Assembly: GCF_964194025.1 (NCBI RefSeq)
Contig: NC_134476.1
Location: forward strand, 4,092,001 to 4,156,000
Reading direction: 5' to 3'
Length of the DNA stretch: 64,000 nucleotides
DNA from: Convolutriloba macropyga
Lineage: Eukaryota
Part shown: positions 39,298-51,450 of the stretch, in pieces
How the letters are laid out: each line of letters opens with the position of its first letter
Numbering within the stretch: the stretch's first letter is position 1
The notes under the pieces: model-generated
Told to the model about the DNA's origin: nothing
What the model saw: only the letters and a program-made list of their open reading frames with translations
Database searches by the model: none
Made by a program: the position numbers and the translations under genes

Positions 39298-39809
39298 CAT
39301 AGTAACGTGTTATGTAATAACACGTAATTTTTTAACTAGGGGCATAAAAACACTAGGGGAGGGGTGGAACAGAACAGATCCGACATTTTTTCATGCTATA
39401 CTATAAACCAAATGTCTTAAGAATATAAAAAGTTTTACAATTATTGAAACGTGAATAATTTGCGGGTAATTATTCAAGCAGTAAGCAAGACTCGGAAAGA
39501 AACAGCTGGTTTGGGAAAGGGGTAGATTGAAAACAGACTCAGGATAAAGTGAGTATGTGCAAGCTTGTTAGGGTCATAGCGGTGTCTATGCAATTATGAC
39601 AATAAAAAGTATAGAAGCACATCTAAACGTAAGCATCATGACTAAAATAGTGGTAGATTTTTTGTGTTGACTGTTAGACTAAAAATTTAACGACCATTCC
39701 TGCGCGGTTGCCCAAGAAAAATCAGATCAATTCTATTCCCCCCCCCCCCCCCCCCGTTTTTTACGCCCCCAGTTTCAAATTATATGTTGTTATATAGCAC
39801 GTTACTATG
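39298..39809. mobile_element. MITE with imperfect TIRs of about 60 bp, flanked by TA
   Basis: TA|CATAGTAACGTG...TAGGGGCATAAAAA versus TTTTTACGCCCCCAG...CACGTTACTATG|TA. Confidence 0.7.
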
Positions 39810-40092
39810 TAAATAAATAGCACGTGCGCTGGAGTGGGTGGGGCGTAAAAGATATAAGCCCACTAAGCTGGAGGGGGGGGGTAGATCGAAAAAACAACAG
39901 TTTTTTACTTGAATTATTGGATCTACCCCCCCCCCTTGGTTTTTAGTCGTCTTGCACTACATTTTGTTTAACACAGGAACGTTTTATGTAACGAAGCAAT
40001 TCTCAAATCCATAAAGGGTAATGGGAGTTAATAAACAGCAGCCTTTGGGAAGGCGAAAAAGATCCGAAAAAGATCCGATTTATCTGGAAATT

Positions 40093-43000
40093 CTACTCAT
40101 TAGTTTGTATATCATTTCCTCCCATTTTCTTAACTGCCCAGAATGTCAAGATTGCGATTGTCTTAGTAATGCAGCTGATTGCTTCGATTGCCGACAGGAC
40201 ACTCCAGCCCAAAAACAGACCCAGTGATCCACCAAAACTGCTCATTGAGGTACTGAATGTCTTTGACTTCTTTTCTGTCTTTGTCTGAAAAATTGGGTTG
40301 GGGTGCATGAGGGCAAAACGAATAACAGATCCAAAGAAATATCACTTACCTTTGAAAGTGTAATTGTCCTCAAAAATAAAAATGAGAAACCAATGAAACT
40401 TTGTTCAATTTTGAAATGATCGCAACAGGTGTTGATTTAAAAAATTACCACACGTTTGTTATCGCCCTTGAAGTTATCATAACACCTCGGCTTCGCCTCG
40501 GAGTTTGATAACTTCTCGGTGGCGATAACAACCGTGTAGTAATATTCATTACCGTTCTTGTTGTTTACCGTTTTTGTTGTTTACCGTTATATTAATTACG
40601 GGTTAAAAATGTACGAGTAAACATTAAAAGAATTAGTCTTTTATATTACAGTACTGCTACATTAGAATACTGTGATTTTGATATCCAAATTTATTTCCGA
40701 TTCGGATATCAAATGGATAGTATTATTGGATACTTGAGTAAATGAACATTTTGGCTTGTAGTATTGCTATACTAACAGAGAAACCAAATGTCTGTAAATG
40801 CAGAACTTATTGATGTGTGATCATGTGACTTTTTCTCGTCTAGGAAAACATTAGCTTTATACCTACTTAGCGTAATGAGGGAATTAACCCACGGCTAGCC
40901 TTCTTTTTTATTAATAGCCACACAGCGATAGCTGGGGCTATTATTGGCCTTCTCTTGGTTTTTTACAATTCAAAGAATTTGAATTGTATTGGGGCGCTGT
41001 CTTTTTTACGACTCGAAGAGGAGTATTGGAGAAGTCCTTTTTTTTAATCAATTTTATTGGAGTGATTTTGAAGCGGGAAATGAAACGCGTGTAAAAATTT
41101 GGAGTGATTTTGGTGGTGAACAAAAGTGAAGAGTGGAGCGAAAAGCGAGTGGTTTTTGTTCATACCGCTGTTTTTGAGAGAGCGAAAAATTGATGTGTGA
41201 ATAAATTTTCTCTGAGCGAGCGAAATTTTTTTGTTCACGTGCGGCTTTTAAAAGCAGTTTTTTGCAATTTTTCTTGTTTATGAGGTCTGATTATGATGTT
41301 GTATTAGATTTGAGCTCGTTCTGATAGGAATTGAAGGTTTCAAGTAGTTAATTTGAGTTTTATGCAAATTTGGAGGTTTTTGATCAGGTTTGCTGATTTT
41401 TCGACGAAATTTAATGTATTTTGGCCTTTTGTTTTGTTTTACTGCTTTAAGTGCAATTTGCATAGAAGCTCGTTTCTCAAAGAATATCAAGGATATAAAT
41501 TGATTACAATTTTGTTGGTATAAAACATTTTTTCTGAAGAAAAATGACAGAAAAATCTGATTAGTGAGAAAATTTTTTAACCACTTTTTTAATTTTTTGC
41601 TTTTTTTCGTTTTTTTTCAATCGCAGACAATTTTTTTAGCTTGTTCTGACTTGCCCATTATTTCGCGAGCATTTCATTGCTCTATTTGCTCAAAGTAACT
41701 TTTTTGGCTTTTGTTTCTTGTAAACTTTAAAAAACACCTTACGTTTTCTCGTTTTTTTTTGTTCAATTTGGTTTTAAATGTCGTTTCTATTCTTCCTCAA
41801 CCTTGGATAGCATTTGGGGAGTTTTCTAGTGGAATTCAGTTGTTATAGCTCTTTTGGATGTCTCTCATTTTGATTGATATTAGTTTTGAGTTGTTTTTGT
41901 TAAAGAAAATCGAGTAAATCAGAGCAAATTTTGGCCACTTTTTGTCTTTTTTCTAAGTTTTTTGCGTATTTCTTCCAATTTAATGTTTTTTTGTTGGTAA
42001 CTTTTTCTCAATAAGGAGCATTTTTGTAGGTGTTGATACTATGACTTTGCACTTGAAGGCTTAGCAGGGCAGTTTTCATTTAAACAAATTATACAAAACT
42101 CTAATTCGTTAGAGTTTTTCTTAGTCTTTTTTTAGTTTGTTGTTTAACGTTTCTCTGCAAGTACTAGGTGGGCGATTGATCTGGCCCAATATATAACTAA
42201 ATGATTTCAATGAGTTATGGATGGGAAGCTGCATTTTATCATTTTGTAGAGAATTTTGTTTGGATTTTTAGCGAATATTATTTTTTGCTATTGTTCTTTG
42301 TCAAGTTTCCACTTCTCCAGTCTTTTCTTTGTGAATTGGTTACAATGTCTGTCGATTGGTAATATGCTGGTGATGCATCTGATTAGTGAGAATATTCCAA
42401 TTTCTACTTCGAGTCGTTTCCGGAATTCTTCCGGCTATGTTTTTTTTAAGATCTGTTCACACATTTTCATGATTTTTGAAGTCAAATTGGAGTGGTAATT
42501 TTGGTCACGCCGAAACAGGAAGTGGAGCGAAAAAGCGAGTGGTTTTGCGGCGTGAATTTTTTTTGCTCTAATTTTAAAGTAGAGTGAGAAAACGGTGTTT
42601 GAACAAAAATTCGCTTTCTCGCTAGTGGTTTTTTGTTCACATGCGGCAATTTCACTTTGATTTTTACTGTTTTTTCGATTTTTTGGATCGGATTTTTTTC
42701 TAAATGATTGTGCCAATCTATTCATAGTCCGTTCAAGGTCTAGTTTTCTGTTTAGTCAATGAAAATTCTTTGAATTGTGCGTCAGGACTTGTCCTGCTAT
42801 GTTTTTTTATTTCGTCGTCATGATTTTTGTTACGACCATATGACGTCACAGCCACTTTTTGTTCATTCGTTCATGCAATTTTAACTGAATTGCATGTGTG
42901 ACGTCATTTTTCGCTCTTAGTGGAGCGATTTTTTTTGTTCATGCGCGTGATTAAATTTTTGGTCACACTTGACTTACCTCACTCTCAAAAATAACTTCCT

Positions 43001-46000
43001 CACTTTGAAATTGACTTTTATTTACTTTAATTCAAAGAGATAAGGTCAAATGGGTGTGTGTCACTCTAAATGAATGTTATTTGACATCAGCTAATAGAGG
43101 CAGCAAAAACTTATACAGATTTTTAATCAAAATGTAGCAGATCAGCCTTCAATGAAAAGACGAATTTTTTTGGTCTGTCTTGGGTACTGTTCTTTTAGAC
43201 TGCCGATCTACGAATCTAATTGCGGCTATTTTCTGGCAATCTGCCAGCTATGTTGGTTTTTTACTCATCCAATTATTGATGAGAAAGGCATGGGGGGTAA
43301 TAATTTGAACGACTTGGTTTTTGAATTCCGTTTTTGTTCTTGTTCTTGGGCTAGTTCTCAAAGAGCCCCGTGTTCGTCGCGAAATTGACGACGCTGGTTA
43401 GGTTTTCGAAGGGTTCAATCGGGTTGATACGATTGTCTATTCTTTGATGTTTCCATTTTTCGCATCTTGTAAGGAAGTGTAGTGTGGTTTTCTCCTCCTG
43501 GTTACAGTGGGTGCACATTGGTGAATCTGACTGTCTGAACCGATTTTTGGTTGCCTTTTCCTCTAAGACCTGTTTCATTGATGGTAGCTTTGCCTGTCTT
43601 CGTGCGTGTAGACTGTTGGATCTGGCCGGGGTTCCTGTGATTATTTGGGCCGCTGGGTTGTTACAGGACTAGAGTTTGTTCAGATGGCCCTCAGATACGA
43701 AGGGTCCCCAGACTCCTGCCGCGTACAAGCCTCCAGGTCTGACATATTTGGTATACGTGTCGCAGGTCTCCAGACTTGACGCCCATGATTTTCCTGCAAG
43801 GCGCTGCATGATCTGTGAACTGCTCTTGATGGTCCTCGTAGCAGTCTCAGCTTGCTTGTTGACAGTGCACTGCGAAACTCATTCCACTCCCAATATCTTC
43901 GGATGCTTTGTGTACTTCACTCTTCCTGTAGTAGTGAAAGCTTCGGTTGGCACTTGCCCGCTGTCTCCTTTGGGTCCAATGAAAACACCATGGCTTCCAC
44001 AGTGTCCTTTCACCCATTCCTCTACTACAGCCATCGCTTCTTGCATCTTCTCGGCACAAACATCGGCCTTCTCTTCACCTATGTGTAGAGAGATGTTGTC
44101 TGCATAAATGTCACAGGCAACGTCTGAAACCTGTGCGGCTCGTTCCAAGGACAAACAACAAGGGCGACAGGGGGCTTCCTTGTGGTACTCCTTCAGAGAA
44201 AACAACTTTCCGGCTCTTCGTATTCCCCCGTCTGACAGCAGCTCCTCCGTCGGCAAGAAAGTTTTTCAACCATAGCAGGCACGTTGTGGGTAGATTCATC
44301 CGCGACAGGTCTCGTAGTAGCCCTCCTTTTCATATCCTGTCAAGTGCTGCTTTTAGTTCTACTAGAGACTAAGAGGGTCATGTTGCGTTTCTGGAGGTTG
44401 TTGAATGTTTTCTGGGCAATGTTTACAATGTCTATTGTGGCACGCTTTGGGCGGAATCCTGACTGCTGTTCCGGGATACTTCCATTCTTTAGAGCCCAGT
44501 CCAGGAGTCTTGACAATACCATTCTTTCAGAAAATTAAGGTACTGGAAAGGAGTGATACAGGGCGGTAACTCTATCTAGCTAGGTGGTTTCCTTTTCTTT
44601 AGTATGGGGATTATCAGGGCTGTTCTCCATCTCGCCGTTGCTCTTCGTTCTCTGCGAGATCTGTTGATTATTCTTCCGGGAGGTTTCTTAGTGCGATCGG
44701 ATGGACCGCATCCTCTCCTGGACTTTTGAGAATTGTATCCCGTAGCGCTTGCCTCATTTCAGCGATGCTGAAATCTCGTCCCTGGGGATGTTTTTGGCTT
44801 TTTCAACGCTGCTCTCACTTCGCTGAGGGCCATTTTGATAAGCTCTCTTGGAGTTTTGACTCGGCTGGTTTCTGCGTAGGACTTGACTACAAGATTTGCT
44901 TTTTCGTCTTTTGTGACTTTTATTCCCCTGCCTTCTTTCTTCCATTCATATTCCTGAGTACTCCCCATACATTTGAACTGCTAGTTTTGGGGTTAAGTGT
45001 TCTCGCGAAATGCCTCCATGCGTCCCTTTTACCCTCGCTCACGGCTTCGGCAAAGGTGTTCTTCGGTTGCTCTGGCGGTCCCACAGTCCATATGCATTGG
45101 CGTCTCCTGCTATGAGTGCTGCATCTTTGGGCCAGAGATGAACATAAGTTCCTACATCCCTGCCATCGCCTGTCCTCGCGGGTGGTCGGTAGAGGTTCCA
45201 CAGGTCCCAGCGCTGTTCGTCCCCCAGGTGCACTCGAAATCAAAGGAATTAAAGGGCTGCGTCCTTGGGAAAATTGATGTCGATTCTTTCCGAGATAATT
45301 CCTCTCACGAGGATAGCTATGCCTCCTTGTTGCTGGGCCGTTCCGCTTTGGTGGATTTTGCACTCTTGCCGTTGACAGTTCCACTTTCGAAGGACTGACC
45401 GAATAGCTGTGTCTTCTTTCAGTTTCGTTTCCTGTATCAGCAGAGCATCGATTTCAAGCTCATCGGCTGTTTTTGCCAGGATTTTTGCTCTGGAGCGTAG
45501 GCCGCAGACGTTGGCTTGTAGTATCCTGAGTCTCTTTGGTGGCCTTGGCTTTTTTGCCGGGAGTTTGGTTGATTCGCTTGGGTGGGATGGTGCTGGGATT
45601 GCCTTCTGCAGTTGTCACATCCGCAGTGCCAGCTCCATCCAACTAGTTGTGCCATTTCTTCCTTTGAAAATCCTTGCACATCACCGACCACTTTTGTCTG
45701 CTGACATGCTGTTTGCAGATTCCGCACGGTTACACTCGCGGACCCGGGTTCTGCTCTACTTTGCCTGCCACTATTAACAGGCGCCTCAGATCTGCAGGCT
45801 TGACTGACCGCTTCCGAAAAAAACCCGCGTGGCCATCTTCCAAAGGAGTGCTCGCTTTTGTTGCAGGGAATTGGCAGATCGTTGGCTCCTGAAGTCTCGC
45901 ACCGTGAAATTACCTGAAGGCTCCCCACTTGAGAGACAATTTTGTTTTTCGAATAGATTAGATTTTTGAAATTTCTATGGTTTGCCTGAAATTTTAAAGT

Positions 46001-48775
46001 TGACCAGTTTCCAAATTTCTAAAATTCAAATTCCTTAGATTTCGTTTTCCTATTCGATTTGAAGAAAAGAAGCGTCAATAAGCTCTGTGAGGAAATCTTA
46101 GCTCTGTGCAAATAGTTGAAAATTAAAATCTATTGAGATAGAATTTTAGAACATCAACTAAAGCTGGATTTGCAAACGCATAGGAATTTTTCATTGAATT
46201 AAACAAACCGTATATGATCTGGATTTGATGAAATTAATATTGTCTCAACTGAAAGATAGACAATCGGAAAAAATGCATTATTCCTAAGAAGTATTCCACG
46301 AATTATTAAAAAACATCGAATTCCACACTTTGTTTTTTTTTTGAAATTTTAGAAACGCGGTGTCGATTGTGGACAGCTGTTTTTAAGGGCAAAAATTTTT
46401 ATAAACGGTCATTTTCTAACGGAGAAACGTTTCGTCGCTTTAAATGTTTTTTATAATGCTGTTACCTAAATTATTTCATTATCTAATTAAGGCAAAATCA
46501 GTTTTAAGGCCAAAAATATTAAGGCCAAAACTTTTTGCCAAAATTATTGACAAAATGTTTTGAATCATTGTCTTTCGACCTTAGTATAAACTTTAATGCA
46601 TGGATTTGAAAAAGAATGAACATTTATTTTAACGGGACTTCTTAAACTATGAAAATTTCCGTAGCCGAGGTTCTAGATTCATTTATACGTTCTGTTGACT
46701 TTATCACCTATTTAGGCTTTTCCTGAAAATTAAGTTTTTTGACTTTTTTAACTTGTTTTTTTTTGCAAAAAGCTGAGAAAAAACGAATTATGGAAGGGCG
46801 CTTTTCACAATAATTTTTAAAAACAGCTTTTGGAGTTACTAGGTTTAAAATCTTTGCAGCTTTAGAGTCGAGATCATTTGTTCAAAATTTCTTAATCAAG
46901 TTATCAATAGCTGCGACAGGGATAGCTCAGTGGAACTATTACTAGCTTCTCGATTTTGTTTTTCTACGAGAATTGTACGACCATATGACGCCACGCTCAT
47001 TTCAAAGTTGCTTCTGGTTCCTTTATTCATGCAACGTTTTTGACCGAGTTGGGGCATGACATCATTTTTCGCTTTCATGGATGCGAACTTTTTTGTCCAT
47101 TCGCTTGAAGACATTTTTGGTCGTACTTGACTTCCCTCACTCTCAAAAATGACTTTCCTCCTTTTTGATTTTTGCTTACACTGTTTGTTGGAGTTAGTTA
47201 TGTTCAACTACGGATACTGCACTCTAATTGATGGTTAATTAAGGACAGCTAATAGAAACGATACATTAGTTATACGAAATCTAAAGAAAATTGTGTCACC
47301 TCAGCTATAAGTTATAAAGCTAAGTTTCTGGTCGTCTTTCTTATTTTATTTTAACTATCTGTTTGAGAATATAGACCTGCAAAGCTATCGCGACAATTTT
47401 CCAGCTTTGTGTTGCGATTGTCAAGGCAAATATTGTAATAGAATGTGTTGATGCTCTTCGGCCTAAGTCTTGTATACCAAGACAACCTTTCAATAAGATT
47501 TGTATTTCTGAAAGTCGCAACCATGGTTGCAAATCAAGCTCTTTTTTACATCAATATTCGCGCCATTAGCACACAAGTTTTGGTTAAAAACGGGAAATCC
47601 CTTACTATGAATTATATTGAGAGTGAATGTCAACAACTTCTGACTTCTTCAATTAAATCAACAAATATAAAGAGCTTCAATGGAAATAGGTTGGAGCAAT
47701 AGAAATCAGGAAATGAAAGGGTTTTAGAGGACGAAAATGTATTTGGGGGAGGAAAATGAGGGTGTGGGAGAGATGAATTATAAAGGAACCTGGTTCCTTT
47801 ACAATGTTTAAGTTGTCAGATACAGAATCGCATCACAAAAATGAAAACTGTTATTCGCTGAATCGAATGTTTTTCGCAGAATTGATGTCAAACGTACGTG
47901 CACCCACGCTTTCGATGGTGTAAACACAGAATTTATAAAATACCCTGTAATCTTGTGTATAAACAGTTCCAGAAACTAATCACTGATTAATTGCTCTCGT
48001 AGATAAGCAATTATTGTAAACGTATGTGTATTTTTTATTGCAAAACTTTTGCTTGACCGTTTTGACTTTTCGAGTGACTTTTACGCCCTTGACTTTTTGC
48101 GTTTCGCGTGATCTAAAATTCTCTTTCAATCACAATTTCAAGTAGCTGAACTTAATTGGCGGCAATGTAATACTAAAAGTCAAATGGAAAGTGTGCCGAA
48201 ACTGGTGCCATTTTCCACTTTAAATCTTAATAGTGGTATATATTAACCTCTAATGTGGTTATTTGAAGCCCACTATTGAACTTCTTAGTCTCATTTAGGC
48301 TCCCCCCCCCCCCCCCCCGACTGAAGTAGGCTGCAATTGATTAGAGCTCCCACTAGTCGTTCGAGAGCAATTCTTCCGACGTTTAGTCGGTTATGCTTGC
48401 AATTACTATTGTTCTTACCTATTGCAATTTTCTGGTATGATCTTGCAATATGCTAGATCGCTGTAAGACCATAAAAGATTGCCATTCAAGAGCTAGGGAA
48501 GACATACCTCTACCCTGAGGTCTTTCAAGTACACTCTGACTTTGAGAAAGTTGTCAGCGAAGGATCTCTGAATGTCCCTGACTCCTATGTCGCCTCCTGT
48601 GATCGTATCATCTAGGAACTGTTGGACTAGAGGCTCTGCATTGAGGAGCATGAACTCATTGGTTAGCAGGAGGGTATGTTGGGTTCCGGGCCATGTTGAC
48701 TGGGACATAGTTGCTTCATACCCTTCCAAGTTGCAGTCTTGGCTGCAAAGGTCCATTGATTTTATCGTACAGTTT
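40093..48775 (-). CDS. DEG/ENaC (ASIC-like) channel, last two exons: 48775..48508 and 40284..40093; upstream exons not found in window
   Basis: CSQDCNLEGYEATMSQSTWP and NFLKVRVYLKDL (late ectodomain) splice in phase 0 (GAG|GTATGT ... TTTTCAG|ACA) to the TM2 signature FGGSLGLFLGWSVLSAIE. Confidence 0.8.
40444..40543. repeat. About 100-bp imperfect palindrome (small foldback element)
   Basis: ATTAC..TGTTATCGCC..GAAGTTATCA / TGATAACTTC..GGCGATAACA..GTAAT around a central GGC-TTC-GCC. Confidence 0.7.
40913..43253 (+). mobile_element. Triple-nested HINE: B (40913-43253) contains C (40964-42802), which contains D (41008-42440)
   Basis: subTIR pairs AATAGCC/GGCTATT, ACAATTCAAAGAATT/AATTCTTTGAATTGT and ACGACTCGAAG/CTTCGAGTCGT, each followed by its own hairpin plus CTATGT. 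Confidence 0.85.
43329..45940 (-). mobile_element. Ingi/Vingi-like (I-group) LINE, degenerate: 2A-like peptide, PHD, APE endonuclease, RT, CCHC; no RNase H seen
   Basis: QANVCGLR/LLIQE and IAGDANA (endonuclease); QSGFR, EGVPQGSPLSPLLF and YADN (RT); CTHC..HFLTRC at the C-terminus; CAAGAA-type tail. The clade assignment is inference. Confidence 0.8.
47989..48395 (+). mobile_element. HINE family A, short variant with about 175 bp of extra internal sequence
   Basis: Closely similar to 1547-1781 on both sides of about 48119-48293; 3' subTIR plus hairpin CCGACGTTTAGTCGG. Confidence 0.75.
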
Positions 48776-48861
48776 CTAAAATCGCTGTTGGTAAATCATT
48801 TGAAAACTCTGGTTAAAAATGTAAAGTCCAAATATAGTGTAGTTGGTCGCAATTCGTGTTT

Positions 48862-49045
48862 AATTGCTCTCAAACGAAGTTTGCAGCAATTATATTAGTC
48901 CTGTTGGTTTTTTATGCGATTTTTCGCTTGACCGATTTTTTGCTCCCCCCTAAATATAGTATCACTCAACCGTGGTTAGCTAAAGACGAAGCCAACCGCT
49001 CGCCGCTTGTTTGAGAGCAATTCGCTCGACGTTAGTCGGTTATGT
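48862..49045 (+). mobile_element. HINE family A, third internal variant
   Basis: AATTGCTCTCAAAC / GTTTGAGAGCAATT, hairpin CGAC..GTCG, TTATGT; 5' part resembles 17069-17160. Confidence 0.7.
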
Positions 49046-50129
49046 TATACGTTTTTCCTGTCTCTAATTGAAAGATTTTTTGTTTCTATTTCGCCAAGCC
49101 TTTTTTGTTTATTTTTACCATGAATTCAAATTCTCACTTGGAATGAATGTTGTTTTGCAGTTTTTTCAAGTTGACCGTTTCTTTGATTAAGTTGCTAGAG
49201 TAACTATAGGTACCATATGATCTAAAAAGATACGTACAGCATGATTGAATACTTGGAGAAATTGTACATTTAGAGAAAGTGTCAAAAATGTGGAGCGAAA
49301 ACGACGCAAATGCCGTTAGAATCTTGCATAAATTTTATACAAACCTTGTACTAGTCATCTAGTACGCTCAGAGCGTAATGGTGTGCTAATAGAGAACTGA
49401 TCTGAGCTCAAAATGTTAGTTGTTTTATGTTATGTTTCCGAAGCTTTTTGAAAAAATTCTCTACGTGTACTTTTTATGGTACCATAATGTACAATAGTGA
49501 GAAAGATGTATTTGTCTGTCCGAATTGGCAAGACAAGATGAAGTGGAAATAGCCGAGACTAGTCGATAAGGCATTAAAAGTAGTCGCCTAACGATTTTTC
49601 AAAACGAGTTCGAAGCTTAAAATATTTTCCCTTTTTCCCTTGACTATCAACCATTTGAAACAAAAAGTCAGACAACTAAAAAGTTTTCAGATTTAATGAA
49701 GCATTTTTGACAAAAGCTCTTTTTGTACTGGTGATCGCTTCTATCTAGCTTTGTATTAACAAGCATTACACGCAAATTTTACTTAACCACAGCCCAGAAT
49801 TTCGGTATTTGAATCAAAACTGTTAGAATTCATTCTTTTTACTAAGTACACTTGGCGATTTGTCCCAATCCGTTCAATTTATTGTTAAGTTTTTTATGGT
49901 AATCACTCTTAGTGTAGCTAGGTTTTGGTTAATTTTACTGAAGGAGATATGATCAACTGAGTATGATGTGATCAAATATCACTAAATGAAAGTTTTATCA
50001 AGACAGCTAAGTAGTATATAGAGGGACCGAGCTGCCCGGGGGGGGGGGGGGGGGGGGTGACGACCCACATGTATTAAGATTGGTTATAGCAATTGTAACT
50101 TATTTAGGTCATCTTTGAATTAGTGAGAC

Positions 50130-50400
50130 AATGTATAAAGATAGGTAATAGATTTTACAAGTATTAACATTAGAGTTATTGGAACAACGTATAAAGATAG
50201 GTTATAGATTTTACATGTATTAAGATTTGATTTTTGACAGTAATGTATAAAGATAGGTAATAGATTTTACATGTATTAACATTAGAGTTAAGAGAACAAC
50301 CTATAAAGATATGTAATAGATTTTACATGTAATAAGATTGGATTTTTGACAATAATGTTTAAAGATAGGTAATCGATTTTACATGTATCAGGATTGATTA
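50130..50400 (+). repeat. Subterminal 56-bp tandem array (5 units, alternating A/B halves)
   Basis: Core TATAAAGATAGGTAATAGATTTTACATGTATTAA starts at 50134, 50190, 50246, 50302 and 50358. Confidence 0.9.
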
Positions 50401-51450
50401 CATATTACCAATTTGCTAATGAATCATCGATACTTGTAATATTGACATTTGTTATCTAACTGTAGGCGAACATAAATAGAGATTATTTCTAACTATGTCT
50501 TAGCGTTGAGTACATTATCTGATTGATATTCTACATTGTTATATTGAACCAATGTACGAAGATAGCTAATAGGTTACAAGTAACTGGAGTAGTACTTGGC
50601 ACACGTAATATGACTGATAAAGACAACCAGTCTTCTAGTCGCTGATGAGTCATCAAATCTTGTTATAACATGTTAAGATTTTCAACTGTGGTTATTATTG
50701 TGTATCATATCTGGTTATGGTGGGATAGGAAAATGGTATAAAAACGCCCTAATTATAGATATTATTAGGCATTAAGACTCTTGGTTTAACTAGTTCAAGA
50801 AATTCAATTTCCTCGTACTTACAATTAATGACGTCAATTTAAATTTTGGGTCCCTAGCAGCACATGAAAAGAGGAAAATATCATATCGATAGGATGATTC
50901 CTTTTGCTAACAGAAAATCAAATTAGGCAATCTGAACTCTGGGGCAACGAGAAGTAAATTGAATCAGAGCAGACTTCTAAAGGTTCGGCAAGATCATAGT
51001 TTATAATTGATTTCCTTAAAAGGAAGTTTCGTGCATCTAGCCAGAAAATAATGCTAAAAAGGAAACGGGAAAGATGCTTGTCCAATCAGATTGCTAGAGC
51101 AAAATGTTAAGATTTCCGAGAATGTTCCAGGTTACGGTTACTGTTTATCAGCGGGAAAGTGTTGAATAACAAAGAAGCTTATTCATTATCTAGGGTTTAC
51201 ACCGAACTCTCCCAAGAATTTGAGGAATCTGCTTAGAAAGAACTATGCTAGCTCAACTCCGAAAAGAAGACTAAAATTATGCTGAAAATCTGCTGTTATT
51301 TCTATCTATTAGTTTCAACGAAAACAACGACTGGGACTAATTATACAATACACTTACTAGGTTGACAGATTAATATCACAATCTTATCAAGTGTTCAAAA
51401 GAGATTAATTTAGATAGATTAAAAGTTCTGGAAGCAAATAGATTGTCAGT

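Noticed and set aside
45840-45940. HDV-like ribozyme at the 5' end of the Ingi/Vingi-like LINE
   Set aside because: Expected for the clade, but I could not build the nested double pseudoknot by eye.
50130-50400. CRISPR-like repeat/spacer appearance
   Set aside because: The spacers alternate between two sequences rather than being unique, there are no cas genes, and the context is a eukaryotic Polinton terminus.
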